Shown here in pieces: positions 30,198 to 40,346 of a DNA stretch of 64,000 bases; the stretch's first letter is position 1; each line of letters begins with the position of its first letter. The DNA lies in the NCBI GenBank assembly GCA_013817305.1, contig JACDCY010000004.1, forward strand, positions 11,461-75,460. The letters run 5' to 3'. The notes under the pieces were generated by a model. It ran no database searches and was not told where the DNA came from. It saw only the letters and a list, made by a program, of their open reading frames with translations. The DNA is from Gemmatimonadaceae bacterium. GTDB taxonomy: Bacteria > Gemmatimonadota > Gemmatimonadetes > Gemmatimonadales > Gemmatimonadaceae. Made by a program: the position numbers and the translations under genes.

Positions 30198-31895
30198 TCA
30201 GCCTACCGGTTCCAGCTCCGCTTCTCGGGGAGGCCTTTTGGCCGCGGCCAGCAGCTCGTCCCGGGTCCGCAGCTGTGGCGGCTCGATGTTCCACAGCACC
30301 AATCCGTGGACGCGCATGCCCGCGCCGCGCAGCGTCTCCACCGCATTGGACAGCTCCCGCAGCGGAGTTCTCGCCATCCGCGCGCACAGAATCACGTCCG
30401 TGGACGGGACGATGCTCGCGACCCCCTGCTTCGTTTGCGCGAGCGGCGCAGCGAGCACGATCATGTCGTAGCGCGACGACACCCGATCGAGATCGGCCCT
30501 CATCTTCGCCACGTTCTGCGCGGTAGGTTGACCCGCGCGCTTGCCCGATGGCAGCACGGCCAGCATCTGGTCGCGGCCGATCGTCGTGAAGACGATGGCG
30601 TCCGACAGCACCACCGTTCCGGCGAGAACCGCGGTAAGTCCCGGATCCGGCAACAAGCGGAGCGCGCCCGCGACTCCGCACGTCTCCGGATCGCCATCGA
30701 TCACGAGCGTGCTGCGCGCTTCGTAAGCCGCGATGGCCGCGACGTTCACTGCCACGGCGGATGCGATGTCCATGTCGTCGCCGGTAATGGTGACGGAGCC
30801 GACGGGGGCGTCGAGCGAGGACAGATGGAGGTAAAGAGTGCGGTACGTGTCGGAGATCACGTCGATGATCGGCGGTGCCGCGACATCGGCCTGCCTTCTC
30901 GTCCGCTCGCCGATCTGCTCGTAGGGGTCGACGACCGTGAGCACCCGCGTGCCGGCCGTCTGCTCCGCCTCGCGAACATCAGCGATGTGCGGATTCCGGA
31001 TCTCGGCCAGAAGAGAGACGGCGAAGCCGAGCGCCAGGGCAATGACCAGCGCGGAAGCCAGCATCGCCCACGGCGGCGCGTCGACGTTCGCGATCTGGCG
31101 CGCCTGCGCCGACAACCCGTCGATCTCCCTGTTCCGCGCGCGGATCCCTGTGAGCGCCGTATTGGCCGCATTGAGAATTCCGATGGCTTCGTTCCGCTGC
31201 TGGTGCACCACCATTGTATCGGCCACCGGTGTCGCTGCGACTGGCGCCGCGCGCGGCGGAAGCAATGGCTGAAGCTCGGCGCGAAGCTCGTTGCGACGCG
31301 AGACCGCGATGGCCACGAGCGACCTGCCAATCGAGTTGGACCGCGCCGACAGCGCGATCGCCAGCGGGTCGGCGCCTCCGAGCGCCCCGAACGTTTCGCG
31401 CTCCCTTTCGATCACACCGAGCGAATCGAGCAGCGATTGAACGATGGGCGCGGCTCGCAGCTCCGGGGACGATCCCAACGCCCGGTACGAGGATGGAAGA
31501 GGCGTGCTCTGGCCGCGCTCGATCAGACGCCCGAGAAAGGCCACGCGCGCGATCAGCGAGTCCCGTTTCGGAATCAGATAGAACGGAAGCGTGTCGACGG
31601 ACCGGGCGAGCGCCTGGGCTGCCTGCCGGCGCGTAAGCCCCAGCGTGGAATCGCTCGTCGCGATGGTCGCGAGCGCCCCGATCCGCGCGTTGAGGGTCGG
31701 CTGGGAATCCGGGCGATCCGGGATCCTGGCTTCGACGGCCGTCGCGACATTGGAGGCCCGCCGCGGGATGAGCACGAAGGTCACCAGCGCGGCCAGGAAC
31801 GCCAGGCCGCTGACAACGGCGACGCGCGCGCGCCGGCGCAGCGCGTTCTTCGCGCGCGCCGACATCCAGAGGGCACTACCTGCCCAACGCTTCAT
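30198..31895 (-). CDS. polysaccharide chain-length determinant / BY-kinase (Wzc/GumC-like) with degenerate Walker A
   Basis: N-terminal TM, long periplasmic coiled region, second TM, and a C-terminal ParA/MinD-like domain. That domain keeps the A' (LVIDGD) and B (DMIVLAAP) motifs but has GDDMDIAS in place of GEGKST. Confidence 0.65.
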   Translation of the reverse strand: MKRWAGSALWMSARAKNALRRRARVAVVSGLAFLAALVTFVLIPRRASNVATAVEARIPDRPDSQPTLNARIGALATIATSDSTLGLTRRQAAQALARSVDTLPFYLIPKRDSLIARVAFLGRLIERGQSTPLPSSYRALGSSPELRAAPIVQSLLDSLGVIERERETFGALGGADPLAIALSARSNSIGRSLVAIAVSRRNELRAELQPLLPPRAAPVAATPVADTMVVHQQRNEAIGILNAANTALTGIRARNREIDGLSAQARQIANVDAPPWAMLASALVIALALGFAVSLLAEIRNPHIADVREAEQTAGTRVLTVVDPYEQIGERTRRQADVAAPPIIDVISDTYRTLYLHLSSLDAPVGSVTITGDDMDIASAVAVNVAAIAAYEARSTLVIDGDPETCGVAGALRLLPDPGLTAVLAGTVVLSDAIVFTTIGRDQMLAVLPSGKRAGQPTAQNVAKMRADLDRVSSRYDMIVLAAPLAQTKQGVASIVPSTDVILCARMARTPLRELSNAVETLRGAGMRVHGLVLWNIEPPQLRTRDELLAAAKRPPREAELEPVG

Positions 31896-31983
31896 CGATT
31901 TGAAATGTGAGCTACCTGAAGCGAGAAACGGAAGCGCGAAATCCGCGCTTCCGTTCTACTCAAGCAAGTCTGCTGCCGAAAAC

Positions 31984-32481
31984 CTACTGAACCGTGATGA
32001 CGCCCCGCATGTTCATCGCGAGGTGCGGCGTGCAGAAGTAGTTGTACGTGCCCGCCGGGATGTTCGCGAAGGAAATCGAGTACGTCTCGTTCGCGTTGAT
32101 CATCATGGGGCCCGACAGCTCGCTGATCTGGTTGGGCATGTTCGCCATGAGCTGCGCCTTCGCCGCCGCCGGAACCGTTGCCGGGTCGAACGCGACGTTG
32201 TGCGGCGCGCCGCTCACCATGGTCCAACGGATACCGTCGCCTGCTTTGATCGTGATGTTCGCGGGCGAGAACTTGTATTCGTTGTTCTCGAGAACCATGC
32301 GGACTTCATGCGTGGTGCCCGTGATCGGCGCCATCGTTCCAGCGGCCGCCGGGGTCGCGGCAGGCGTCGCTGCTGCAACTACCGCAGCCGTATCGGTCGT
32401 CGCTGTGTCGGTTCTGTCCGCTCCGCCGCAAGCGAGTACGACCATGCTGGCCGCGCCCAAAAGAATCCTTGAGATTTGCAT
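31984..32481 (-). CDS. cupredoxin (plastocyanin/pseudoazurin-like blue copper protein), lipoprotein
   Basis: Start at MQISRILLGAASMVVLACGG. Copper ligands H...CTPHLAMNM. Confidence 0.8.
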   Translation of the reverse strand: MQISRILLGAASMVVLACGGADRTDTATTDTAAVVAAATPAATPAAAGTMAPITGTTHEVRMVLENNEYKFSPANITIKAGDGIRWTMVSGAPHNVAFDPATVPAAAKAQLMANMPNQISELSGPMMINANETYSISFANIPAGTYNYFCTPHLAMNMRGVITVQ

Positions 32482-32561
32482 TGTTAAGAAAGGCCTCCGC
32501 CCCGTGCTCGATGGTACGACAAAATTGTGATATTTATCGGTTGCCGACTCCGGCACCTAGA

Positions 32562-32579
32562 TTGTGAATTTATTCACAA
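32562..32579. promoter_or_regulatory. CRP-type palindrome TTGTGAATTTATTCACAA (TGTGA-N6-TCACA)
   Basis: Perfect 18-bp palindrome about 90 bp upstream of the cupredoxin start. Confidence 0.5.
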
Positions 32580-32632
32580 GGAGCCCCCAAGGGAAGCGCG
32601 GCGGGCCAGATTGGCTGGGCCCTCAGCCGCGG

Positions 32633-34285
32633 TCAGCGCCCCTGCTCGTAAATGATGTCGACCGGTATCGCCCGGGTCTGAAGCCGGTCGAGATCCGCCC
32701 GAAGCACGGGGCCTATCGTGCCGAATCGCTCGTTGAAGCGGCCAACCCCCTCGTAATCACCATCGCCCTGCATCGTCAGGATCATTCTCGACAGCGAATC
32801 GGCGCCCGCGCGCATCTTCGCCGGATCGACCCGGTATTTCCCGTCCGACCCGCGCGTAAAGGCGCCCATCCCCTGAAGAAAATTGAACGCGGCAACGTTG
32901 GCGCGGCCGTGCGCGGATGCGGCCCCGAATCTGATCGACCGGAACAGGCTCGCCAGGAAGGTGACGTAGTTGTCATCGAGCGAGGCTTGACCCAGCTCAC
33001 CCTGGGAGTGCAGCTCGCGAATCATGTACAGACCGAGGATATCCGACTTGCCTTCTTCGAGCGCCGAGTAACGCTCCTTCAGCGCGGTGCGAACCGGGCC
33101 TCTTCCGTTGATGGTGTTCTTGATGCCGAGACCGTGGGCGACTTCGTGGAACATGACGTTGGAGAAAAACGCGTCGAAGGTCACGTTGTCGAGCTGATCC
33201 CCCGCAATGAGCTCACGCGAGATCGGCAGTAGAATCTTGTCGAACTTCGCGCGCATCGCGTTCTTGAGCTGGAGCCGCCTGGTTCCCTTCTGGAGCTGCA
33301 CCGCTTCGTCGTTCGGGAGGTTGATCGCGATCGTCTTGGATCCCGCGTTGGCGTCGCCCGCCACGTACACCACGTCATATGCGTTCAGGTCGGAATCCGA
33401 GCCGGGCGATTCCTGCTTGTACGCGTCAGGAACGGGAATGCCGCGCTGCAATGCAGGCAGCATCGCGGCGTACTTCGAGAGCCGGCTGCTCCACGCCCTG
33501 TCCTTCACCAGCACGTACGCCTCGTGCGCCGCCTTGTAGCCGAACAGAGCGTCTTCATAGGTCTCGATGGGACCGATGACGATGTCGAGCGTGTTCGACT
33601 TCATGTCCAGCCAAGCGATGTCGCTCGCCTGGTAGTCGTCGTCCAGAAGGGCGTCCGCGCGCAGAGTCAGATATCGCCGCAGTCCCGCGTCTTCGGCGAG
33701 CGCCGCGGCCTCGCGCAGCCGGCGCGCCGCGTGCTGGTGTTGCGCGGCGAACGCGTGATGATACGGAGCCGCGATGAGCCTGCCCGCGGCATTGCGCCGG
33801 ACGAGAGTGTAGAGGCTCTTGAGCGAGTCAGCACGCGCTCCGCCCCCTGCGACCGCGGCCTCGAACTCCGGTTTGGTCATGTCGCGCGGGTACAGATTCG
33901 AGCCCTCCGGTTTGGGCCCGACGCCGGGCAGAAAGGGCGCGTTATCATCGAGCCGGTCCCACGGGCCCACGTTGATCACCGCGAACTCCCGCGCGCGCGG
34001 GTTCGTGATGGAGCTCAGCAGCGAGTCCCGGCTCCCGTAGGACTGTATCCAGAAGACCTCGTGCATCGCGCGCGCGGCGTCGATCAACAGCGGCAGCATC
34101 CGCCGCTCGCTGGCGGTAAGGCCGCCCGTGTCAGCCGCGAGCGTCACCGGCGTGTACTTCGCCATTCGCTGCTCCACCGGGTCTCCAACAACCACCGGAC
34201 CTGGATTCACGACTACGGTCGTGGGCGGGGGCGCTACACAGCCGGCCAGAATGGTGAGAATGGTTCCGCCAGTGATGAGTCGCAT
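32633..34285 (-). CDS. M49 family metallopeptidase (dipeptidyl-peptidase III-like), lipoprotein
   Basis: HEVAHGLG (HExxGH) and EEGKSD second zinc motif. Lipobox. Confidence 0.7.
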   Translation of the reverse strand: MRLITGGTILTILAGCVAPPPTTVVVNPGPVVVGDPVEQRMAKYTPVTLAADTGGLTASERRMLPLLIDAARAMHEVFWIQSYGSRDSLLSSITNPRAREFAVINVGPWDRLDDNAPFLPGVGPKPEGSNLYPRDMTKPEFEAAVAGGGARADSLKSLYTLVRRNAAGRLIAAPYHHAFAAQHQHAARRLREAAALAEDAGLRRYLTLRADALLDDDYQASDIAWLDMKSNTLDIVIGPIETYEDALFGYKAAHEAYVLVKDRAWSSRLSKYAAMLPALQRGIPVPDAYKQESPGSDSDLNAYDVVYVAGDANAGSKTIAINLPNDEAVQLQKGTRRLQLKNAMRAKFDKILLPISRELIAGDQLDNVTFDAFFSNVMFHEVAHGLGIKNTINGRGPVRTALKERYSALEEGKSDILGLYMIRELHSQGELGQASLDDNYVTFLASLFRSIRFGAASAHGRANVAAFNFLQGMGAFTRGSDGKYRVDPAKMRAGADSLSRMILTMQGDGDYEGVGRFNERFGTIGPVLRADLDRLQTRAIPVDIIYEQGR

Positions 34286-34311
34286 AATCCCTTTCAGTGG
34301 TCTGTGAGAAA

Positions 34312-35622
34312 TCAGAAGCCGAGCAGCAATCTCCGGTCCACCTGCGTGCTGTCACCCACATAGGCAAACCGCATCCCCTTCATGTACTTCTGCGCGACCG
34401 CACGAACTTCCTGCGGCGTCACTTGCCTCAGCTCGTCGACAAACCGCTCGGCGACGCGATAATCCCCGCGGAAAAGCTCCGCCCGCGCGAGGAAATCCGC
34501 CTGCGCGGCGTTGGTCTCGTTATCGAGCAGATACTCCGTCACGAACTGCGCGGACAGCCGCTTCAGCCCTTCCGCGTCGATGAGCTCGCGCTGCAGCTCG
34601 GTGACGTGCTCGCGCATCAGGCCCACCGTTACCGCCGGCGAAACCGTAGTCACGTACAGGCCCCCGAGCGCCGCGGCATTCTCGACGAACGGCGCGTGCA
34701 CGTCGTACGTCAGATTTCGCCGGGTCCGGATGTCCGCGAACATGCGGCCGGTCAGGACCGAGGTCGCGATCCGAAGCGCCTGGAGATCGCGCTCGTTTGC
34801 CAGCGGGCCTGCGTAATATCCCACCACGTAGTTCGTCGGTAGCGGCCTCTGCTCGAATACGACCATCGACGACCCGCGCGGCGCGGCGGCCGGCAATGTC
34901 CAGCGGTAGCTGCCCGCCGGAAGCTGCGCCAGCGAACCCCGGATCAGCGACTCCAGCTTGGACCGCTCGACGTCGCCGACAACCACCAGCAGCATCCGGG
35001 ACTTCACCATCTGACTGCGCTGATAGTCCCGCAGCGTGCTCGGTGTGAGCTGCGTGATGGAAGCCTGCGTACCCCCCACCGGCACGGCGTAAGCATGTCC
35101 GGCGAATGCGATGCTGTCCGCGAGATAGCGTGCGAGCGCATCGGGATCGTCCCGCCGCTGACTTACGGCTGAAAGAAATTGACCGCGCACGATGTCGAGT
35201 TCCGCCGGCTGCAGCAACGGGTACATCAACCTGTCCGCAAAAATCGCCCAGGTGGAGTCGAACACCTCTGTGGTCGAGCGGATCCCGAACATCGTCCAGT
35301 CCTTCTCGGCGTCGATCACGACACCGGTGCCGAGGCGGGACATCTTCCGCCGCAGGCTTTCCTTGGAATAGTTGCGCGTGCCGCGCTCGGACGCGTCAAG
35401 GAGCATCAGCTCGATGCCCGCGTTCTGCGGAGTGAGCTGCCGCGCGCCGCCCAACAGATAGAGATTCGCCGCGACGATGTTGTTGTCGGTCTTGCGAAGG
35501 ATCACGCGGATGCCATCCACGTCGAATGCAGCCGTGTTGTCGTCCGACGGTGGTTGCGCCGCCGCGACGACGATCGCACCCAGCAGGAGGGCGGCCAGAG
35601 CACGCGCGCGGGTCGGGATCAT
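34312..35622 (-). CDS. M16 family peptidase, non-catalytic subunit
   Basis: M16 fold without the HxxEH motif. Start taken at MIPTRARALAALLLGA. ATGA overlap with the upstream M16 gene. Confidence 0.75.
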   Translation of the reverse strand: MIPTRARALAALLLGAIVVAAAQPPSDDNTAAFDVDGIRVILRKTDNNIVAANLYLLGGARQLTPQNAGIELMLLDASERGTRNYSKESLRRKMSRLGTGVVIDAEKDWTMFGIRSTTEVFDSTWAIFADRLMYPLLQPAELDIVRGQFLSAVSQRRDDPDALARYLADSIAFAGHAYAVPVGGTQASITQLTPSTLRDYQRSQMVKSRMLLVVVGDVERSKLESLIRGSLAQLPAGSYRWTLPAAAPRGSSMVVFEQRPLPTNYVVGYYAGPLANERDLQALRIATSVLTGRMFADIRTRRNLTYDVHAPFVENAAALGGLYVTTVSPAVTVGLMREHVTELQRELIDAEGLKRLSAQFVTEYLLDNETNAAQADFLARAELFRGDYRVAERFVDELRQVTPQEVRAVAQKYMKGMRFAYVGDSTQVDRRLLLGF

Positions 35623-37019
35623 CGCCCGCCTCCGATGAGCTCGGCGGTGGTCAGTCCGAGCGATCGGCGCGCGTCCGGGGCGATCAGCACGCCGGTGATT
35701 CGCGGCTTGCCTACTATGTATTTGGCCGCGTAGCCCGTGAGATCGGTTACCGTCTGCGCCGCCATGTTGTCCACGTAACCCATGTAGTACTCCAGGCTGG
35801 CGACGCTCCACCAGAAGCCGAGGGTGTGCGCAAAGCCCGAGGAGCGCTCGCGGTCGAACGCCGAAGAGACCGCGCGCACCGCTTTGGTGGCCGTGATCTC
35901 TTCCGGGTCGAAATAGTCCGCTCTCGCGAACTTCGGAATTTCCGCGTACAGCGCCGCAAGCGCCTGACGCAGCCGCTGCGGCGACGTCTGCCCGCTGATC
36001 GTGATCGGACCCGTGTTATTCAGCGTGTAGTAGTTGACGGTGATGCCGTCCCAGAGGCCGCTGTCCACCAGCCGCTGCTGCAGCCGCGAGTTGGGATCGT
36101 TCAGCACGTCGGAAAAGACATCGGCCGCGTACGTCGCGTCGGGATCCAGCCCGACACTCGGGCCCTGCCACTGCAGGAAGACCGTGACCGCACCTACGCC
36201 CGCTTCGTGGATGACCGCGTCGTTGCCCTGGAGCGCCGGGATCCGCGGAATCGGGTCCTTCACGAAAGGGGCCTCGCCGCGCGGAATGCTGCCGTACTCC
36301 CGCTCCGCAGCCGCGAACGCCGCCGCAGGATCGACGTCGCCGGTGACGATCAGAACCGAGTTGTTGGGAACGTAGTATTTCTGCTGGATGGCGCGCATCT
36401 GGGCGGGCGTCGTGTTCGCGATCACGTTACGGTCGCCAATCGTGTTCTTCCTGACGGCATTGCCCGGATACAGCTTCTCGTCCAACGCCTGCGTGAGCGC
36501 AAAGAAGGGATTGGATTCGTTTCGGTCGTACTCCCCCAGAACCACCTGCCGCTCGCGCTCGAGCTCGTCCTGGCGGAACAGCGGCTCGCGGAACGACGCC
36601 GAGAGCAGGCGCATAGCCTCCTGCACCCGGTCGGAGGTGACGGTCAGGTAATAGTTGACGTTTTCTTCCCGGGTGGAGCCGTTGAATACCGCGCCCATGT
36701 CGGCGGCGCGCTCTACGAACTCATCGGATCCGGGAAATCTCCGGCTGGCCCGGAAGAACATGTGCTCGTACATGTGCGCGAGCCCCGCAGTTTCCGGGGT
36801 CTGCGTGAAGGAGCCGTTCTTAACGTCGATCTCCACCGTCACCAGAGGGACGCCGTGGTTCTCGACTACTATCACCTCGAGCCCGTTCTGGAGCACGCGC
36901 CGGTGTATGATCTTCTCGAGGTCGGAGCGCTGCGCTCCTGCCTCGGGCGCCAGCAGCGCAAAGGCCAGAGCGATGCCCAGAGTGGCGCGCCAGCACGTCA
37001 ATCCTTTTCTTAGAGCCAT
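35619..37019 (-). CDS. M16 family zinc peptidase (pitrilysin/insulinase-like), catalytic subunit
   Basis: Inverted zinc motif HMYEH (HxxEH), signal peptide. Confidence 0.85.
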   Translation of the reverse strand: MALRKGLTCWRATLGIALAFALLAPEAGAQRSDLEKIIHRRVLQNGLEVIVVENHGVPLVTVEIDVKNGSFTQTPETAGLAHMYEHMFFRASRRFPGSDEFVERAADMGAVFNGSTREENVNYYLTVTSDRVQEAMRLLSASFREPLFRQDELERERQVVLGEYDRNESNPFFALTQALDEKLYPGNAVRKNTIGDRNVIANTTPAQMRAIQQKYYVPNNSVLIVTGDVDPAAAFAAAEREYGSIPRGEAPFVKDPIPRIPALQGNDAVIHEAGVGAVTVFLQWQGPSVGLDPDATYAADVFSDVLNDPNSRLQQRLVDSGLWDGITVNYYTLNNTGPITISGQTSPQRLRQALAALYAEIPKFARADYFDPEEITATKAVRAVSSAFDRERSSGFAHTLGFWWSVASLEYYMGYVDNMAAQTVTDLTGYAAKYIVGKPRITGVLIAPDARRSLGLTTAELIGGGR

Positions 37020-37992
37020 GTCGTTTTCAGCTGCCCCGGTTGCGGAAGATTCCTACGCCAGGCTCGCGCGCACTCTCGATTCGACGAGACTCAAGCGCGA
37101 CGAGCCTATAGCTCCATACACCACCTTCAAAATAGGAGGTCCGGCGGACCTCTATTATGAAGCCGACTCCGCGGACGACCTCGCCGCCGCAGTCGTGGCC
37201 GCCCGCCAGGCCAGGATCCCCTATTTCGTCCTGGGCCTTGGCGCCAACATCCTCGTCGGCGACAGGGGCTTCCGCGGACTCGTAATCCGGAACGGCGCCA
37301 AGCATTTCCGGTTTTCCGACGACGGAAAGCTATGGGTGGAGAGCGGCGCCGTGATGGCCGACATCATTCCGCAGGCAGTGGAGCGGGGTTGGTCCGGCCT
37401 CGAGCATTACGTAGGGATCCCCAGCACCATCGGCGGCGCGGTGTGGCAGAACCTTCATTTTCTCTCGCCTGCGCCGGAACGCGAGCGAACGATGTTCGTC
37501 GCCGAGGTGTTCGACCGCTGCGAGCTCTTGACCGAGAAGGACGAGCGGAAGGTCGTCGACCGCGACTACATGAAGTTCGGCTACGACACCTGCATCCTCC
37601 ATTTCACGAAAGACATCGTGACGTGGGCCGAATTCCAGCTCACGAAGGGCAATACCGGGGACATGCACAGGATCATCCAGGAGAATCTGAGCTGGCGCGG
37701 CTCGCGGCACCCATGGCTGCAATTCCATCCCAGCGCGGGCTCGATCTTCAAGAAGATCGAAGGGGTAGGGGCCGGGAGACTGGTCGATCAGTGTGGGCTC
37801 AAGGGCTTCCGCCATGGCGACGCGCAGATCTCGCACATTCATGCCAACATCATGGTGAACCTGGGTCACGCGACCGCCAAGGACGTGCGTGAGCTCATCT
37901 CGATCGCGCAGAAGGCGGTGCAGGAGAAGTTCGGCCACAAGCTCGAGCCCGAAATCGGGTTCATCGGAGAGTTCGACGCGACCGGCGTCTGA
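37018..37992 (+). CDS. murB: UDP-N-acetylenolpyruvoylglucosamine reductase
   Basis: FAD-binding PCMH domain (YTTFKIGGPADLY) and a C-terminal MurB domain. Confidence 0.9.
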   Translation: MSFSAAPVAEDSYARLARTLDSTRLKRDEPIAPYTTFKIGGPADLYYEADSADDLAAAVVAARQARIPYFVLGLGANILVGDRGFRGLVIRNGAKHFRFSDDGKLWVESGAVMADIIPQAVERGWSGLEHYVGIPSTIGGAVWQNLHFLSPAPERERTMFVAEVFDRCELLTEKDERKVVDRDYMKFGYDTCILHFTKDIVTWAEFQLTKGNTGDMHRIIQENLSWRGSRHPWLQFHPSAGSIFKKIEGVGAGRLVDQCGLKGFRHGDAQISHIHANIMVNLGHATAKDVRELISIAQKAVQEKFGHKLEPEIGFIGEFDATGV

Positions 37993-38349
37993 TCACTTTC
38001 CCTCTTCGATCCACTTCTTCCAGTCGGACTCCGCGTAGCCGATCGTCAAGCGGTGCTGCCAACGCACCAGCGGAATCGTGAGCAACATAGGCTCGAGACA
38101 CAACTTGTCGAGCCAGCTTTCGTCGCCCATCCGCGCGGCGCCCAGCCCCAATTCCGCGTACCGCTTCGAATTACGATCGATCAGCGGGGTCACTCCGAAC
38201 TTCTGCGCGAACCGCTTGAGCTCGCCCGGCGACGCGGCGCGCTCGTTCAGATCCACGAAATGGGTTTTGATGCGCCGCTCCGCGAAAAAACGGAGCGCTT
38301 TGCGCGTGTCGGAGCTTTTCTTGACGCCGAAGATCTGAACTTCAATCAT
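37993..38349 (-). CDS. ArsC/Spx family protein
   Basis: MIEVQIFGVKKSSDTRKA fits the ArsC-family thioredoxin-like fold. 4-bp overlap with the amidase gene. Confidence 0.7.
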   Translation of the reverse strand: MIEVQIFGVKKSSDTRKALRFFAERRIKTHFVDLNERAASPGELKRFAQKFGVTPLIDRNSKRYAELGLGAARMGDESWLDKLCLEPMLLTIPLVRWQHRLTIGYAESDWKKWIEEGK

Positions 38350-39011
38350 TGACGCCGCCGGATCAGCTCCCGAAACCGCGGTAGCTCGGAATAGATGTTG
38401 GCACCAGGGCACTCCGTCTGAGCGTAGTCGCGGTGAGATGCGAGCTTTTCGGCGGCGACCCTGAATCGCCGGGCGAGCGAAGGCACCAGGATGTCGAGCG
38501 TGCGCCGCTGCGCGGTCGTAAGCGTATCGCGCTGGAAATTCCCTTCCACCACCACGAGCAGATGACCGGCGGGATCGTACGCAGTGTTGGAGTCGCCGGC
38601 GTAGTGCCAGTCGCGTCCCTCACCGTCCACTCCGTCCACACCCACATAGAAATGGTATGGCACGTCCGCCCAAGCCGGCTTCCGTCGCCCACTCGCCAAC
38701 GAATCATTACGCTGTGAGAACAGCTGCAGTCCTTGCAGCTTCTGCGATACGGTGCGCGAATGATTCTGGTTCGTGCCCGTGTGGTGGATCGTCAGGCGCT
38801 CGATGCGGTGTGCCCGCATGGGAAGCACGGGTGGCTGCGCGCCCCAGGCCGATCTCGATACGAACTCAATTTCCGGAGGTACCAAAGGTGCCGGGCGCGG
38901 GCTGGCGCACGCAGCAGTAAGTGCGAGAATGACCGACGCCCGCAGGGCGGTCACGCCGCAGCGCCGAAAGTGAGCTCCATCTCTCTGCCGCTCGAACTCG
39001 ATCCGGAGCAT
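38346..39011 (-). CDS. N-acetylmuramoyl-L-alanine amidase (amidase_2/PGRP family)
   Basis: LTIHHTGT...HFYVGVDG...GDSNTAY zinc amidase motifs. Confidence 0.8.
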   Translation of the reverse strand: MLRIEFERQRDGAHFRRCGVTALRASVILALTAACASPRPAPLVPPEIEFVSRSAWGAQPPVLPMRAHRIERLTIHHTGTNQNHSRTVSQKLQGLQLFSQRNDSLASGRRKPAWADVPYHFYVGVDGVDGEGRDWHYAGDSNTAYDPAGHLLVVVEGNFQRDTLTTAQRRTLDILVPSLARRFRVAAEKLASHRDYAQTECPGANIYSELPRFRELIRRRQ

Positions 39012-39035
39012 CGCTCGACTAGTGGCGCGAGGTGT

Positions 39036-40346
39036 CTAGTCGGCGGCCTCGCGATCCGGCGGCGCAACGGCCTTCGTGCCAGCGCGCGCCGCCGCGGCCT
39101 GCAGAACCTGCTGAATGTCGATCCCGAGCGCCGAGCCGAGTCCTTCCATCGTTCTGTAAGCGGCGTTGATGCGCTGGTTCGCGGCGTTCGCGATACCGTC
39201 ACCCGTGCCTCCGTCCATCACGACCAGCCGGTCAATCTCGATCCCCTTGACCGCTTCGACGGCGGTCCCGAGTAGTAACGGGAGTTTCTCGGCCATAAAG
39301 ACGGCGAAGCCCTGCTCCCCCGCGCTGTTGATCTGCGAGTAGAGCAGCTTCAGTACTTCCACCTGCGCCTTTCCGTTCTCCAGAATCGGCGCCGCATCCG
39401 CGCGCGCGCGCAGCTCCGCCGCCTTGCGATTAGCCTCGGCGGGCTCGACGACGTCGGCGAGCAGGCGACGCTTCTGCAGTTCCACGCGCTGGCTCTCGAG
39501 ATTCTGCTGGGCCTCGACCTCAGCGCGTTCTGCCTCGACGTCGGCGACCCGCTCCGCAGTCTCCGCCTCTCTGTTGAGCTCCGCCTGCCTGACGCGCAGC
39601 GTGTTGCGCGCGACGGCGACGGCGATGTCGGCTTCCGCCTGATATATCTCCGCGGTGCGCATCGCTTCCGCCTGGCGCTGTTTCGTCTCCGCCTGGTTCT
39701 GCGCTTCAGCAACCTGCGCGGACTTGAGCACCTGCGCCGTCTTGCCCCGCCCGACCGCCGCCAGATAGCCGACCTCGTCGGTGACGTTCTGGATCTTGAG
39801 CGTGTCCAGCTGTAGACCGAGCTTCTGCAGATCCTGATCGGCCTCCTGCAGCAGCTCGGCGGCGAACTTCAGCCGGTCTTCGTTGACCTCTTCCGGCGTG
39901 AGCGTGGCAACGACGCCGCGCAGGTTGGCCGAGAGTGTCTCCTTCGCGAGCTCTTCGATCTCGTCTACGCTCTTTCCGAGCAGTCGCTCGACGCCGTTGT
40001 TGAACGTGGTCTCCGGCTCCGAGGCGACCTTGACGTTGGCCACCGCCTGTACCGAGAGTGGGATGCCTCCCTTCGAGAAAGCGTTGGCGACGTTGAGCTC
40101 GATCGGGATGGTCGAGAGCGGCATCCATGCGACCTGCTCGAGGATCGGGACGCGGATCGTGCGTCCCCCTATCACCGCGCGGTAGCCGACCCCCCGCCCG
40201 TCGGTGAGCATCCGGTTGCGGCCGGTAATGATCGCGGCGGAGTTCGGGGGCACGATAACCATCAGCGACTTGATCGTGAGCAACAGTACGCCGATCGCCG
40301 CGAACACGACCCCGGCGGCGAGCAACGGTCCGAGAAACTCGCCCAT
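39036..40346 (-). CDS. flotillin-like SPFH/band-7 protein
   Basis: N-terminal TM, SPFH domain, long EA-rich coiled coil. Confidence 0.85.
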   Translation of the reverse strand: MGEFLGPLLAAGVVFAAIGVLLLTIKSLMVIVPPNSAAIITGRNRMLTDGRGVGYRAVIGGRTIRVPILEQVAWMPLSTIPIELNVANAFSKGGIPLSVQAVANVKVASEPETTFNNGVERLLGKSVDEIEELAKETLSANLRGVVATLTPEEVNEDRLKFAAELLQEADQDLQKLGLQLDTLKIQNVTDEVGYLAAVGRGKTAQVLKSAQVAEAQNQAETKQRQAEAMRTAEIYQAEADIAVAVARNTLRVRQAELNREAETAERVADVEAERAEVEAQQNLESQRVELQKRRLLADVVEPAEANRKAAELRARADAAPILENGKAQVEVLKLLYSQINSAGEQGFAVFMAEKLPLLLGTAVEAVKGIEIDRLVVMDGGTGDGIANAANQRINAAYRTMEGLGSALGIDIQQVLQAAAARAGTKAVAPPDREAAD

